Below are positions 1-10,103 of a stretch of 64,000 bases of DNA, piece by piece. This stretch comes from Candidatus Ratteibacteria bacterium. Lineage in GTDB: Bacteria > Ratteibacteria > UBA8468 > B48-G9 > JAFGKM01. The position numbers and the translations under genes were made by a program. Where the stretch lies: the NCBI GenBank assembly GCA_046296715.1, contig JBKBIN010000003.1:8880-72879 (forward strand), written 5' to 3'. Numbering within the stretch: position 1 is the stretch's first letter; each line of letters opens with the position of its first letter. The notes under the pieces are model-generated. The model made no database searches and was not told where the DNA came from. It saw only the letters and a program-made list of their open reading frames with translations.

Positions 1-567
1 ATTTTAGCTTTTCTAAAAGTTCCAAGAGAAGAATTTGTTCCTGAAAATCTTAAAGAATCTGCATATGATGACACACCTTTGCCAATTGGAGAAGGACAAA
101 CAATAAGTCAACCATATATAGTTGCATTAATGACAGAATCTTTAACATTAAAAGAGAATGAAAAAGTCCTTGAAATTGGAACAGGAAGTGGTTATCAGTC
201 AGCAATTCTTGCTGAAATTGGTTGTGAAGTTTATTCTGTTGAGAGAATTGAAGCACTTGCAAAAAGAGCAGAAAAAATTTTAAAAAAACTTGGTTATAAT
301 GTTAAAATAAAAATTGGTGATGGTACTTTAGGATGGGAAGAATTTAGCCCATATGATAAAATAATTGTTACTGCTGCAAGTCCAAAAATTCCTGAAACTT
401 TACTTTCGCAATTAAGCAAGAATGAAGGTAAACTAATTATACCAATTGGAGACAGATTTTCTCAGGATTTAATACTTTTTATAAAGAAAGGTGAAAAAGT
501 AGAAAAAATTAATCTTGGTGGTTGTCAATTTGTTCCATTAATTGGAAAGGAAGGATGGGAAGAATGA
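1..567 (+). CDS. pcm: Protein-L-isoaspartate O-methyltransferase (5' end lies outside the window)
   Basis: Frame 1 is open from nt 1 and reads ...[38 protein letters not shown]-binding motif [12 protein letters not shown]. Stop TGA at 565-567. The ORF-track start at 79 is an internal TTG. Confidence 0.85.
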   Translation: MLAFLKVPREEFVPENLKESAYDDTPLPIGEGQTISQPYIVALMTESLTLKENEKVLEIGTGSGYQSAILAEIGCEVYSVERIEALAKRAEKILKKLGYNVKIKIGDGTLGWEEFSPYDKIIVTAASPKIPETLLSQLSKNEGKLIIPIGDRFSQDLILFIKKGEKVEKINLGGCQFVPLIGKEGWEE

Positions 568-1016
568 AAGATATTTTAATAACTCTTGGACTTTCAATGC
601 TACCAATTTCAGAACTAAGAGGAGCGATCCCTTATGGTTTAAGTAAATCAATTCCATTCAATACTGTATTTCTAATTTCTGTACTTGGAAACCTTTTGCC
701 TGTAATTCCACTCTATTTTTTCCTTGAAAATTTATTAAAATTCTTTGAAAAATTTAATTGGGGAGTTAAATTTAATAATTGGTTAATAAGTAGGACAAAA
801 AGTAAATCCCAAATTATAGAAATTTATAAAACGATTGGTCTTTTAATTTTTGTTGGAATTCCACTTCCAATGACAGGTGCCTGGACTGGTACAATTGCGT
901 CAATTATTTTCCAGTTAAAATTCAAAAATTTTCTAATAGGTATTATTGGAGGAGTTTTAATTGCAGCGATTATTGTCTCTTCAATTACACTTGGAGTTAG
1001 AAATTTTTTACTTTAA
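564..1016 (+). CDS. Small integral membrane protein (COG2426-like, putative small multidrug-export family)
   Basis: ATG at 564 overlaps the pcm stop (ATGA). Product is about 150 aa and hydrophobic with 4 predicted TM segments. The ORF-track start at 522 is an upstream extension. Confidence 0.5.
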   Translation: MKDILITLGLSMLPISELRGAIPYGLSKSIPFNTVFLISVLGNLLPVIPLYFFLENLLKFFEKFNWGVKFNNWLISRTKSKSQIIEIYKTIGLLIFVGIPLPMTGAWTGTIASIIFQLKFKNFLIGIIGGVLIAAIIVSSITLGVRNFLL

Positions 1017-1679
1017 TTCTACTTTCTCCAATTCTTCAATTTCAAATATTTTTTCAAAAATTTTATTTATATTTTGAAATGATTTATATCTAATTGTGTA
1101 AGTCAATCTGACTTTCCCTTCTATTTTATTTTTTTCTATCTCATAAGAGATTATTTTAAAATTATTTTCTTCAATTATCTTTTCTATACTTTCTTTTAAT
1201 TTCTGGTCGTCTTTGCCAATTATGTTGATAATATTATATTTATCAATCGGAATCTTTTTTTCAAAAATTTTCAAAAAGTAAAGAATCACCAATGCAATGA
1301 AAGTTAAAAAAAATGAAAAAATATAAAGGTCAACACCAACTGCAAGCCCAATAGATGTAACAAACCATAAACATGCAGCAGTAGTTAAACCTCTTATCCT
1401 TTTTTTGTCTTTTATAATAACTCCTGCTCCAAGAAATCCCATTCCTGTAACAACTCCATAAGCAATCCTTGCTGGATCAATTCTCAAAATTGGATTTTGT
1501 AAATTTGAAAAAATATAATATACCTGAAAAGAAGAAATTAAAATTGCAGTTGTTCCCATACCAACCAATATCATTGTTCTTAAACCTGCTTCTCTACCAT
1601 GTTTTTCCCTTTCAAATCCAATAATTCCACTTAAAAAACCCGAAATTAAAACTTTTTTAATCAATTCAAATTCGTCCAT
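1008..1679 (-). CDS. mgtC: MgtC/SapB-family membrane protein
   Basis: MgtC signature GIIGFEREKHGREAGLRT within a hydrophobic N-terminal domain, followed by a soluble C-terminal domain. Confidence 0.7.
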   Translation of the reverse strand: MDEFELIKKVLISGFLSGIIGFEREKHGREAGLRTMILVGMGTTAILISSFQVYYIFSNLQNPILRIDPARIAYGVVTGMGFLGAGVIIKDKKRIRGLTTAACLWFVTSIGLAVGVDLYIFSFFLTFIALVILYFLKIFEKKIPIDKYNIINIIGKDDQKLKESIEKIIEENNFKIISYEIEKNKIEGKVRLTYTIRYKSFQNINKIFEKIFEIEELEKVELK

Positions 1680-1721
1680 TCTTCCCCTTTTTTATATAAT
1701 TTAGCATAATTTTTTGATAAT

Positions 1722-2102
1722 TTAAAAATCTTCTTTTTTCTTCTTCCCCAATGAGATCAACATCTTGTTTAATGTCTCTTCACTTATGATATGTTCAATT
1801 TTACAGGCATCATTTTTTGCTGTATCTTCTGAAACATTTAAGACATTCATTAAAAATTTCATCACTATTCTATGCTTATTTAATATCTTTGTTGCTTCCT
1901 TATCACCTATTTTTGTCAATTCAATATAACCATATTTTTCCTGCTTTATATATCCTTTCGCTTTCAGGATATTCAAAGCGTTTACAACAGAAGAACTTCT
2001 TACATCAAGAAATTCACTTATTTCCTTAACCCTTGTTACTTTTTTATCAATAGTTAATATTTTTATTGCTTCAAGATAGTCCTCTAAACTATTTGTCAAC
2101 AA
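1722..2102 (-). CDS. DtxR/MntR-family metal-dependent transcriptional repressor, short form
   Basis: N-terminal winged-HTH (LEDYLEAI...VTRVKEISEFLDVRSSSVVNALNILKAKGYI) plus a dimerisation helix. At 126 aa it lacks the SH3-like C-domain. Sits immediately downstream of feoB in the same operon. Confidence 0.7.
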   Translation of the reverse strand: MLTNSLEDYLEAIKILTIDKKVTRVKEISEFLDVRSSSVVNALNILKAKGYIKQEKYGYIELTKIGDKEATKILNKHRIVMKFLMNVLNVSEDTAKNDACKIEHIISEETLNKMLISLGKKKKEDF

Positions 2103-2103
2103 A

Positions 2104-4086
2104 CTACCCTCCTTTTAAAAATGAAAAAAATTGATAGAAAATAGTTGAAAATAACCATCCAATAAATAATGACCAAAAGAGAGAAAGAAGAGCCCATTTA
2201 ATTCCAATCTCTTTTTTCAAAACTAAAAATGTAGCAAGACAAGGCATATATAATAAACTCATAATCATAAATGAATATGCAGATATAGGTGTAAAATAGT
2301 TAGAAAGTATATTTTGTAAATCCCCGGATCCAAATAAAGTACCAAAAGTTCCAACAACAAGTTCTTTTGCATAAATTCCAAAAATAAGTGCAACTCCTGC
2401 CTGCCAGAAACCAAAACCAGAAAATTTAAACAAAGGTGAAAGAAATTTTCCTATTTTTCCAATAAAATTAAATTCTGTTCCATAATTATAAGGGTCAGGG
2501 AAATAACTTAAAATCCACAAAATTAAAGTTCCTAAAAATATTATAGTTCCAGCTTTTTTTAAAAAACTTTTTGTTCTTATCCAACTCTCAATCAATATAT
2601 TTTTCCAATAAGGAAATCTGAAAGGGGGTAATTCTATTATCAATGGAAACGACTCACCTTTTAAAAAAACAGAACCAAAAAATTTAACACTTAAAATCCC
2701 GACAAAAATTCCTAATAAATATAATGAGAACACTATAATTCCCTGATTTTCTTTAAAAAAAATCCCTGTAAACAAAAAATAAACAGGGATTCTTGCTGAA
2801 CAACTCATAAATGGTATTGAAAGTGAAGTTAAAATTTTATCTCTTTTATCTTCTAAAATTCTTGTACCCATTATTGCTGGAACATTACAGCCAAAACCTA
2901 AAATCATAGGGATAGCGCTTTTCCCATGAAGACCAATTTTATGCATCAACCTATCAGAAACTATTGATGCTCTTGCCATATAGCCAGTATCTTCAAGAAT
3001 AGAAAATAAGAAAAAGAAAATAAAAATATTTGGAATAAATAATAATACTGAACCAACTCCTGAAATTATTCCATCATTGATTAAAGAAGTTAACCACAAA
3101 GGTAATCTAAAATTTATAAAAGTTATTTTTACTCTTTCAAGAATTAGTTCTAAAAAATTAACAAAAGGTTTCCCACAAAAAAAGACAAGATTAAAAATAA
3201 AAAAAATAACTGCCAAAAAAATTAAAGGTCCCAAAAAATTGTCAGTTAAAATTTTATCAATTTTCTCAGTAATCTGCAGTTTTAACTCACTTTTTTTCTC
3301 TATAATAGATTCCTTTACAATTCCATGAATAATTCCGTATCTTTTTTCTATTAATACCCTTTCCATAGGTTTATTATAAATCTTTTCCAGTTTCTTTATT
3401 AAATTATTTATCTTCTCACAATCAATCTTATTGCTCAATAAATTTATAAAATACTCATCTTTTTCTAAAATTTTTAAAGAAACAAATTTCGTTGGGTATG
3501 GTAAATTTAATTTATTAATAATATCCATAATTTCAACAAGAATTTTTTCAATTTCATCACCGTAAGTAAATGCAAAAAATTCTGAAACTGGTTCTTTAGA
3601 CCTTTTATATATTTCTTCTTTCAAATTTTCTATTCCAATGTTTTTATTTGCAATTGTTTTTACAAATTTAACCTTAAGTAATTTTTCTAAATGTTTAATA
3701 TCATAATCAATCCCCTCTTTTTCTGCTAAATCTATCATATTCAAATCAACTATAATATTTTTGTGAAGTTCTGAAAGTAAAATTAAAAAGTGTAAACTTC
3801 TTTCAAGTTGTAAAGCATTTGCAACTAATACTAATACATCTACTTTATTTTGTATAAGAAAATCTATTGCTATTTTTTGATCTTCGCTTTCACCTGTTAG
3901 AGTATATGTTCCAGGTAGGTCAATTAAATTAAACTTTATTCCCTTGTAAATATAATAACCCTCCTTTTTCTCAACAGTTACACCTGGCCAGTTTCCAATC
4001 TGTTGTCGTGTTTCTGTCAAACAATTAAATATTGTTGTCTTACCAGTATTTGGATTTCCTGCAATTGCAATTATTTTTTCTTCCAT
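2104..4086 (-). CDS. feoB: Ferrous iron transport protein B
   Basis: N-terminal GTPase G1 motif AGNPNTGKTT, DLPGTYTL, then a large polytopic membrane domain. 660 aa. Confidence 0.9.
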   Translation of the reverse strand: MEEKIIAIAGNPNTGKTTIFNCLTETRQQIGNWPGVTVEKKEGYYIYKGIKFNLIDLPGTYTLTGESEDQKIAIDFLIQNKVDVLVLVANALQLERSLHFLILLSELHKNIIVDLNMIDLAEKEGIDYDIKHLEKLLKVKFVKTIANKNIGIENLKEEIYKRSKEPVSEFFAFTYGDEIEKILVEIMDIINKLNLPYPTKFVSLKILEKDEYFINLLSNKIDCEKINNLIKKLEKIYNKPMERVLIEKRYGIIHGIVKESIIEKKSELKLQITEKIDKILTDNFLGPLIFLAVIFFIFNLVFFCGKPFVNFLELILERVKITFINFRLPLWLTSLINDGIISGVGSVLLFIPNIFIFFFLFSILEDTGYMARASIVSDRLMHKIGLHGKSAIPMILGFGCNVPAIMGTRILEDKRDKILTSLSIPFMSCSARIPVYFLFTGIFFKENQGIIVFSLYLLGIFVGILSVKFFGSVFLKGESFPLIIELPPFRFPYWKNILIESWIRTKSFLKKAGTIIFLGTLILWILSYFPDPYNYGTEFNFIGKIGKFLSPLFKFSGFGFWQAGVALIFGIYAKELVVGTFGTLFGSGDLQNILSNYFTPISAYSFMIMSLLYMPCLATFLVLKKEIGIKWALLSLFWSLFIGWLFSTIFYQFFSFLKGG

Positions 4087-4317
4087 TTAATCTACTTTCT
4101 CAACTATTATATCAGATGCAATCCCATAACCAATTCCAACTGTTATATTGCCTTTTTTTATTATTATAGGACCTGGTGCTGATTTAATAACTTCAACAGT
4201 ATCTCCAATAAAGATACCCATATTATAAATTTTTCTCAACTTTCCAGGTTTTATTATATCAACTACTTTGTATTTCCCTTCTTCAACTTCAGACAATTTT
4301 TCCATTTTGTTAGTCAA
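4087..4317 (-). CDS. feoA: Ferrous iron transport protein A
   Basis: 76-aa SH3-like FeoA fold sequence (KVVDI..G..RKIYNMGIFIGDTVEV). Its stop abuts the feoB start. Confidence 0.75.
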   Translation of the reverse strand: MTNKMEKLSEVEEGKYKVVDIIKPGKLRKIYNMGIFIGDTVEVIKSAPGPIIIKKGNITVGIGYGIASDIIVEKVD

Positions 4318-4352
4318 AACTAAAAAAGTTTGTTTAAACTAATTTTATAGTT

Positions 4353-4396
4353 ATTTTAAAATAAAAATTTGACAATGTCAAAATTTTTGTTAAAAT
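4353..4396. promoter_or_regulatory. Candidate back-to-back sigma70-type promoters sharing a palindromic -35 (TTGACAaTGTCAA) between feoA and the trp operon
   Basis: Plus strand: TTGACA 4369-4374, 16-nt spacer, TAAAAT 4391-4396. Minus strand: TTGACA (complement of 4376-4381), 17-nt spacer, TAAAAT (complement of 4353-4358). Confidence 0.35.
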
Positions 4397-4403
4397 ATTT
4401 TTC

Positions 4404-4478
4404 ATGAGAAAAAAGAAGGAAGTATTTAAAGTTATTTTACAAAAGAATTATCTAAGAGATTTTCTCTTCTGGCGTTAG
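4404..4478 (+). CDS. Candidate 24-aa trp leader peptide (MRKKKEVFKVILQKNYLRDFLFWR), apparently leaderless
   Basis: ATG lies 7 nt after the putative -10. There is a single TGG codon two codons before the TAG stop, and a T-tract follows immediately. trpD starts 65 nt downstream behind an AAGGAGGG Shine-Dalgarno sequence. Confidence 0.25.
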   Translation: MRKKKEVFKVILQKNYLRDFLFWR

Positions 4479-4543
4479 TCAATTTTTTCTCTCGTCTTAA
4501 TACCATCAACTAATAACCTCTATATTTTTCAAAGGAGGGAAAA

Positions 4544-5548
4544 ATGGAAAAGATATTTAAAAAACTTCTTGAAAACAAAAATCTAACAGAAAATGAAACA
4601 TATGATATTTTTAACCAAATTATGGAGGGAAAAATTTCACCTGTTAAAACAGGTGTTTTTTTAACTTTATTAAGAGTTAAAGGTGAAAGTGCTGAAGAAG
4701 TTACAGGAGCTGTAAAATTATTAAGAGACAAAATGATAAAGATAAAGTTAAAAAAGACAAAAATTTGTGATACATGCGGAACAGGTGGTGACTATTCGCA
4801 AACTTTCAACATCTCTACAATTTGTGCAATAGTTTCTTCTTGTCTTGGACTTACTATTGCAAAACATGGAAATAGATCCCAAACAAGTTTATGTGGTAGT
4901 GCAGATGTTCTTGAATATCTTGGATACAAAATAGATATTGAACCAGAAAAAAGTAAAAAATTACTTGAAAAATTTGGTTTTGCTTTTTTATTCGCTCCAT
5001 TATACCATAAAACAATGAAAAATGTTGTTGAAATTAGAAAAGAACTTGGTTTTAAAACAATATTTAACATTATAGGTCCTTTATCTAATCCTGCTTTAGC
5101 AAATTATCAAATTATGGGAGTAAATGAATATAATTTATTAAAAATTATTCCTTATGTTTTTAAGAATTTAGGTATTAAAGGATATGTTTTTCATTCAGAA
5201 GATGGACTTGATGAGATTACTTTAACAGGAAAGACATATATAGTAGAAATTAATGAAGAAATAAATGAATTTGAGATATCACCTGAGGACTTTAATTTAA
5301 AAAGATGTAAACTCCAAGATATAAAAGGTGGAAGTGTGAAAGAAAACGCAGAGATTTTGTTGAATATAATTAAAGGAAAAGAAAAGGGACCTAAAAAAGA
5401 TATAGTTTGTTTGAATACTGCCTTTTTACTTAAAGCAACAGGAAGAGTAAAAAAAATTGAAGAAGGAATTGAATTATCTAAGGAAATTTTGACAAAAGGA
5501 ATACCTTATAACAAATTTAATGAGATAGTTGAATATATAAGAAAATGA
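4544..5548 (+). CDS. trpD: Anthranilate phosphoribosyltransferase
   Basis: TrpD motifs CDTCGTGGD and KHGNRS. 334 aa. Confidence 0.9.
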   Translation: MEKIFKKLLENKNLTENETYDIFNQIMEGKISPVKTGVFLTLLRVKGESAEEVTGAVKLLRDKMIKIKLKKTKICDTCGTGGDYSQTFNISTICAIVSSCLGLTIAKHGNRSQTSLCGSADVLEYLGYKIDIEPEKSKKLLEKFGFAFLFAPLYHKTMKNVVEIRKELGFKTIFNIIGPLSNPALANYQIMGVNEYNLLKIIPYVFKNLGIKGYVFHSEDGLDEITLTGKTYIVEINEEINEFEISPEDFNLKRCKLQDIKGGSVKENAEILLNIIKGKEKGPKKDIVCLNTAFLLKATGRVKKIEEGIELSKEILTKGIPYNKFNEIVEYIRK

Positions 5549-6156
5549 AAAAATTTTTTGTTTTTTTACTTTTTTTAAGTTTAATAGTTTCTGGACAGGA
5601 TATTGATATTGAATTAAAAAAACAAGCAGCAATTGATTTGTGCAATTTCCCTAATTTAACAGAAGGGATTGTAGATATACTATATCTTACTATTGACAAT
5701 TACTGGCATTCAGGAAAATATTCAAAAATCTTTCCAATTTTTTATTTAATCACAAAAATTTTACCTGAAGATATTAATGCTTATCTAATTGGTGGGTGGT
5801 TTCTTATAAATGGAATTGCTCCAAAATATTTAGGAGAAGAAAAAGAAAAAATAAAAAATTATGCAATTGAATTTATGAAAAAGGGGATTGAAAAAAAACC
5901 AGAAGATTATAGATTGTATTTTGAAATTGCTTGGTTTTATTATAATGAAAAAAAATTTAAAGATGCTATTGAATATCTTGAAAAAGCAGAAAAATATGAG
6001 CATACCTTTTATGTTGAAAATTTAAAGGCACATATATATGTAAGAATCAACGAAAAAGATAAAGCAATAAAAGAATGGGAGAAAATCAAAGAAAAGTATC
6101 CCGAAAGGAAAGAAATTGCAGAAAAATTCATTATGTTATTAAAAGAAGACAAATGA
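5545..6156 (+). CDS. Secreted TPR-like protein embedded in the trp operon
   Basis: N-terminal signal peptide MKKFFVFLLFLSLIVSG. C-terminal TPR-like helices (AIEYLEKAEKYEHTFYVENLKAHIYVRINEKDKAIKEWEKI). ATGA overlaps at both ends (5545-5548 and 6153-6156). Confidence 0.6.
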   Translation: MKKFFVFLLFLSLIVSGQDIDIELKKQAAIDLCNFPNLTEGIVDILYLTIDNYWHSGKYSKIFPIFYLITKILPEDINAYLIGGWFLINGIAPKYLGEEKEKIKNYAIEFMKKGIEKKPEDYRLYFEIAWFYYNEKKFKDAIEYLEKAEKYEHTFYVENLKAHIYVRINEKDKAIKEWEKIKEKYPERKEIAEKFIMLLKEDK

Positions 6157-6935
6157 ACATACTTTCTGAAATAATAAAAATTAAAAAAAATATCATTGAA
6201 GAAAAAAAGAAAAAAGTTCCTCTTGAAAATTTATTAAAAAAAGTTGAGAAAGTTAAAAATCTAAGTATATATGAAAGTTTAAAAAGGGAGTTTGGTATAA
6301 TTGCAGAATTAAAAAGAGCTTCTCCTTCAACTGGTTTAATTAACCAGAATTTAGATTTCAAAAAGATCGCCTTAATTTATCAAAATTCTGGGATTAGTGG
6401 CATTTCTGTTTTAACCTGTGAACCATATTTTTTTGGTTCTGTTGAAGATCTGAAAACAGTAAGAAAAGTAGTTAAACTTCCAATTTTAATGAAGGACTTC
6501 ATCATAGATGAATATCAAATTTATGAAGGCAAATATCATGGTGCAGATTTTATTCTTTTAGTAGTAAGAATACTCGACGACAAACAAATAAAAAATTTTA
6601 TAAAAATTTGTGAAAAAGTTTCAATTGAAATCTTAATTGAAATATTTAATATTGAAGATTTAAGAAGGATTTTTAAATTAGTTGACAATTGGGAAAATAA
6701 GATTCTTGGTATAAATAACAGAGATTTAAAAACCCTCAAAGTTGATATAAATAATACATTAAATTTGATTAAACATATTCCAGTTGATAAAATAATTGTC
6801 ATAAGTGAAAGTGGTATAAAAGAAAAAAAGGAAATTTCACTTCTCAGAGACTCGGGAATAAAAGGTGTTTTAATAGGTGAAAGCATTTTAAAAAGTAAAA
6901 ATATAGAAGAAAAAATAAAAGAGTTAAAAAATTAA
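6153..6935 (+). CDS. trpC: Indole-3-glycerol phosphate synthase
   Basis: Begins MNILSEIIKIKK at the ATGA overlap. IGPS motifs IAELKRASPS and a (beta/alpha)8 barrel length. The ORF-track start at 6075 is a spurious upstream extension. Confidence 0.85.
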   Translation: MNILSEIIKIKKNIIEEKKKKVPLENLLKKVEKVKNLSIYESLKREFGIIAELKRASPSTGLINQNLDFKKIALIYQNSGISGISVLTCEPYFFGSVEDLKTVRKVVKLPILMKDFIIDEYQIYEGKYHGADFILLVVRILDDKQIKNFIKICEKVSIEILIEIFNIEDLRRIFKLVDNWENKILGINNRDLKTLKVDINNTLNLIKHIPVDKIIVISESGIKEKKEISLLRDSGIKGVLIGESILKSKNIEEKIKELKN

Positions 6936-6950
6936 AAATAGGAGGGTAAA

Positions 6951-8294
6951 ATGGAAGAAAATAAAATTTATTTATCTGAAAAAGAAATGCCTCAAGTTTG
7001 GTATAATATTTTGCCTGATTTACCTGAACCTCTTCCACCTGTAATTCATCCAAAAACAAAACAACCAGTAAAACCCGAGGATTTAGCGCCAATTTTCCCA
7101 ATGTCACTTATTATGCAAGAATTCTCACCAGAAAGATGGATTGAAATACCTGATGAAGTTTTAAGAGCATATAAAATTTATAGACCAACTCCCTTACACA
7201 GAGCAAGAAATCTTGAAAAGGCATTAAAAACAAAGGCAAGAATTTATTTTAAAAATGAATCTGTATCTCCTCCTGGTTCTCATAAACCAAATACTGCGAT
7301 TGCTCAAGCATATTATAACAAAATAGAAGGAGTAAAAAGATTAACAACTGAAACTGGTGCAGGTCAATGGGGAAGTGCGCTTGCTTTTGCCTGTAAACTT
7401 TTTGATCTTGAATGTGTAATCTTTATGGTTAAAGTTTCATATTTTCAAAAACCATATAGAAGATTACTTGCTCAGTCATGGGGAGCAACTATGTATCCCT
7501 CCCCTTCAGATAAGACAGAATTTGGAAGAAAAGTATTGGAAAAAGATCCTAACTCTCCGGGTAGTTTAGGTATAGCAATATCGGAAGCAATAGAAGAAGC
7601 AGTAAAAAGAGAAGATACAAAATATTCTCTTGGAAGTGTATTAAATCATGTTTTACTTCATCAAACAATTGTAGGGCTTGAAACAAAAAAACAACTTGAA
7701 ATGATTGGAGAAAAACCAGATGTTATGATTGGATGTGTTGGTGGAGGAAGTAATTTCGGTGGTTTTATTATGCCATTTGTTCCAGATAAACTTAAGGGTG
7801 AAAATATAAGATTTGTTGCGGTTGAACCAAAGGCATGTCCAACATTAACAAAAGGATTGTATAGATACGATTATGGTGACACTGCCTGTACAACTCCTCT
7901 TCTTAAGATGTATACACTTGGACATAGTTTTGTTCCACCTGGGATTCACGCGGGAGGATTAAGATACCATGGAGATGCTCCTTTGCTTTGTCATCTATAC
8001 AAACTTGGGATTGTTGAAGCAGTTGCATATCATCAAACAGAATGTTTTCAAGCAGGAGTCCTTTTTGCTCAAACAGAAGGATTTTTACCTGCACCTGAAA
8101 CAACTCATGCTATAAAAGCAGTTATTGATGAAGCAAAAGATGCTCCAGAAGGAAAAGTTATTGTATATAATCATTCAGGGCATGGGCATTTTGATCTTTC
8201 TGCTTATGAAGCATATTTTGAAGGGAAACTTGAAGATTTTGAATATCCTGAAGAAAAAATAAAAGAAGCATTAAAAGATTTACCCGAAATCTAA
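6951..8294 (+). CDS. trpB2: Tryptophan synthase beta-chain paralogue, TrpB2 family
   Basis: 447 aa. Has the N-terminal extension and PLP-fold motifs typical of TrpB2 ([22 protein letters not shown]). RBS GGAGGG upstream. Confidence 0.85.
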   Translation: MEENKIYLSEKEMPQVWYNILPDLPEPLPPVIHPKTKQPVKPEDLAPIFPMSLIMQEFSPERWIEIPDEVLRAYKIYRPTPLHRARNLEKALKTKARIYFKNESVSPPGSHKPNTAIAQAYYNKIEGVKRLTTETGAGQWGSALAFACKLFDLECVIFMVKVSYFQKPYRRLLAQSWGATMYPSPSDKTEFGRKVLEKDPNSPGSLGIAISEAIEEAVKREDTKYSLGSVLNHVLLHQTIVGLETKKQLEMIGEKPDVMIGCVGGGSNFGGFIMPFVPDKLKGENIRFVAVEPKACPTLTKGLYRYDYGDTACTTPLLKMYTLGHSFVPPGIHAGGLRYHGDAPLLCHLYKLGIVEAVAYHQTECFQAGVLFAQTEGFLPAPETTHAIKAVIDEAKDAPEGKVIVYNHSGHGHFDLSAYEAYFEGKLEDFEYPEEKIKEALKDLPEI

Positions 8295-8935
8295 TGGTTG
8301 AGATAAAAATCTGTGGTTTTAAAAGGAGAAAAGATATTATTGATGCAATAAACTTGGGAATTAAATGGATTGGTTTAAATTTTTATGAAAAGAGCCCAAG
8401 ATATATTGAGTTAAATGAAGCAAAAAAACTGGTTGAAAATTTACCTCTGGATGTTAAAAAAATCGGTGTTTTTGTAAATCCTGATGAAAAAAAATTATAT
8501 AAAATTGTGAAAATAGTTAAATTGGAAGGAATTCAACTTCATGGTAATGAACCTCCTGGCCTTATTGAAAGATTTAAAAAAAATTTTTCTGAAAAGATTA
8601 TTATTAAGACAATAAGAGTCAAAACATCGGAAGAAGTTTTTAGAAAAATAAAACATTATAAAATTGCAGATTTTTTTCTACTTGATACTTATATAGAAGA
8701 TAAATTTGGAGGAACAGGAAAATTGATAGACGAAAGTAAAATTGAAAAAGATAAATTACCATTTAACAAAATTTTTATTGCTGGTGGAATAACACCTGAG
8801 AATGTGAAAGATATAATAAAAAAATATAAACCCTTTGGAATAGATGTTGCTTCAGGAGTTGAAATTGCACCTGGAATAAAAGATATTGAAAAAATTAGAA
8901 AACTTATTGAAGAGGTTAAAAATGTTCCCGAATAA
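8294..8935 (+). CDS. trpF: Phosphoribosylanthranilate isomerase
   Basis: [22 protein letters not shown]... Start overlaps the trpB2 stop (TAATG). 213 aa. Confidence 0.8.
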   Translation: MVEIKICGFKRRKDIIDAINLGIKWIGLNFYEKSPRYIELNEAKKLVENLPLDVKKIGVFVNPDEKKLYKIVKIVKLEGIQLHGNEPPGLIERFKKNFSEKIIIKTIRVKTSEEVFRKIKHYKIADFFLLDTYIEDKFGGTGKLIDESKIEKDKLPFNKIFIAGGITPENVKDIIKKYKPFGIDVASGVEIAPGIKDIEKIRKLIEEVKNVPE

Positions 8936-10103
8936 GAAAGGAAAGTTTGGGATATTTGGTGGTAAATTTGCTCCAGAGACGCTAATTGAACCTCTTGAAC
9001 AACTTGAAAATGCATACAAAAAAATATCCAAAACTAAAGAATTTAAAGAAAAATTAAATTATTTGTTAAAGGACTATGCAGGAAGACCAACTCCTTTATA
9101 TTATGCAGAAAATTTTAGTAAGTTTCTTGGATTTAAAGTTTATCTTAAAAGAGAAGATCTTGCATTTACAGGTGCTCATAAAATAAACAATACACTTGGT
9201 CAAGTTCTTCTTGCAAAAATGATGGGTAAAAAAAGAATAATTGCAGAGACAGGAGCAGGTCAGCATGGTGTTGCAACTGCAACTGCTTGTGCTTTACTGG
9301 AAATGAAATGTGAAATTTATATGGGCGAAATTGATGTTGAAAGACAGAAGTTGAATGTTTATAGAATGAAACTTCTTGGAGCAAAGGTAATTCCTGTAAA
9401 TTCTGGAAGCAAAACATTAAAGGATGCTATAAATGAAGCAATGAGAGATTGGATTGCAAACTTTAAAACTACTCACTATGTTATAGGTTCGGTTGTTGGT
9501 CCTCATCCTTATCCAATGATAGTTAGAAATTTTCAGTCAGTTATAGGAAAAGAAACAAGAAGACAGATTATTGAAAAAGAAGGAAGATTTCCGGATTTTC
9601 TATTGGCATGTGTCGGTGGCGGAAGTAATAGTATTGGTTTATTTCATCCATTTTTCAAATATAAAAATGTTAGATTTATTGGAATTGAAGCAGGAGGAAT
9701 TGGAATAAATACAGAAAAGCATGCTGCAACTCTTTCAAAAGGAGAAAAAGGAGTTTTACATGGAAGTTTTTCATATGTTTTACAGGACAATTATGGTCAG
9801 ATAAAAACGACTCATTCAATTTCTGCAGGACTTGATTATCCGGGAGTTGGTCCGGAACATTCTTTTTATAAAGAAATAAAAAGGGCTGAATATTATCCAG
9901 TAAGCGATGAAATTGCGTTAAAAGGATTCCATATTTTAAGTGAACTTGAAGGAATTATCCCAGCTTTAGAGTCAGCACATGCTATTGGTTGGTTAATAGA
10001 GAATAAGGAAAAATTTAAAAAAAATGATATAGTTGTCGTCTGTCTTTCAGGAAGAGGTGATAAAGATGTAATTGAAGTTGCAAAAATAGAGGGAGAATTA
10101 TGA
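8922..10103 (+). CDS. trpB: Tryptophan synthase beta chain (TrpB1)
   Basis: ATG at 8922 preceded by GAGG. Motifs HKINN, GAGQHG and GGGSN. 393 aa from that start. Confidence 0.9.
   Translation: MFPNKKGKFGIFGGKFAPETLIEPLEQLENAYKKISKTKEFKEKLNYLLKDYAGRPTPLYYAENFSKFLGFKVYLKREDLAFTGAHKINNTLGQVLLAKMMGKKRIIAETGAGQHGVATATACALLEMKCEIYMGEIDVERQKLNVYRMKLLGAKVIPVNSGSKTLKDAINEAMRDWIANFKTTHYVIGSVVGPHPYPMIVRNFQSVIGKETRRQIIEKEGRFPDFLLACVGGGSNSIGLFHPFFKYKNVRFIGIEAGGIGINTEKHAATLSKGEKGVLHGSFSYVLQDNYGQIKTTHSISAGLDYPGVGPEHSFYKEIKRAEYYPVSDEIALKGFHILSELEGIIPALESAHAIGWLIENKEKFKKNDIVVVCLSGRGDKDVIEVAKIEGEL

Noticed and set aside
3077-3328. Many 60-110-aa ORFs antisense to well-supported genes (e.g. 3077-3328, 24654-25028, 29645-29977, 32611-32904, 37143-37460, 54730-55014).
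   Set aside because: They lie wholly inside genes with strong family signatures on the opposite strand. They have low-complexity Lys/Phe/Ile-rich translations typical of AT-rich shadow frames, and no RBS.
4404-4543. TRAP-type (G/U)AG triplet repeats or a T-box in the trp leader.
   Set aside because: GAG/AAG triplets are present but not in the regular 2-3-nt-spaced array of about 11 repeats that TRAP needs. No T-box specifier or antiterminator sequence was seen.
6075-6152. Upstream extension of trpC (MGENQRKVSRKERNCRKIHYVIKRRQ...).
   Set aside because: It overlaps the preceding gene by 80 nt. An ATG at 6153 in an ATGA overlap gives a canonical TrpC N-terminus (MNILSEII).
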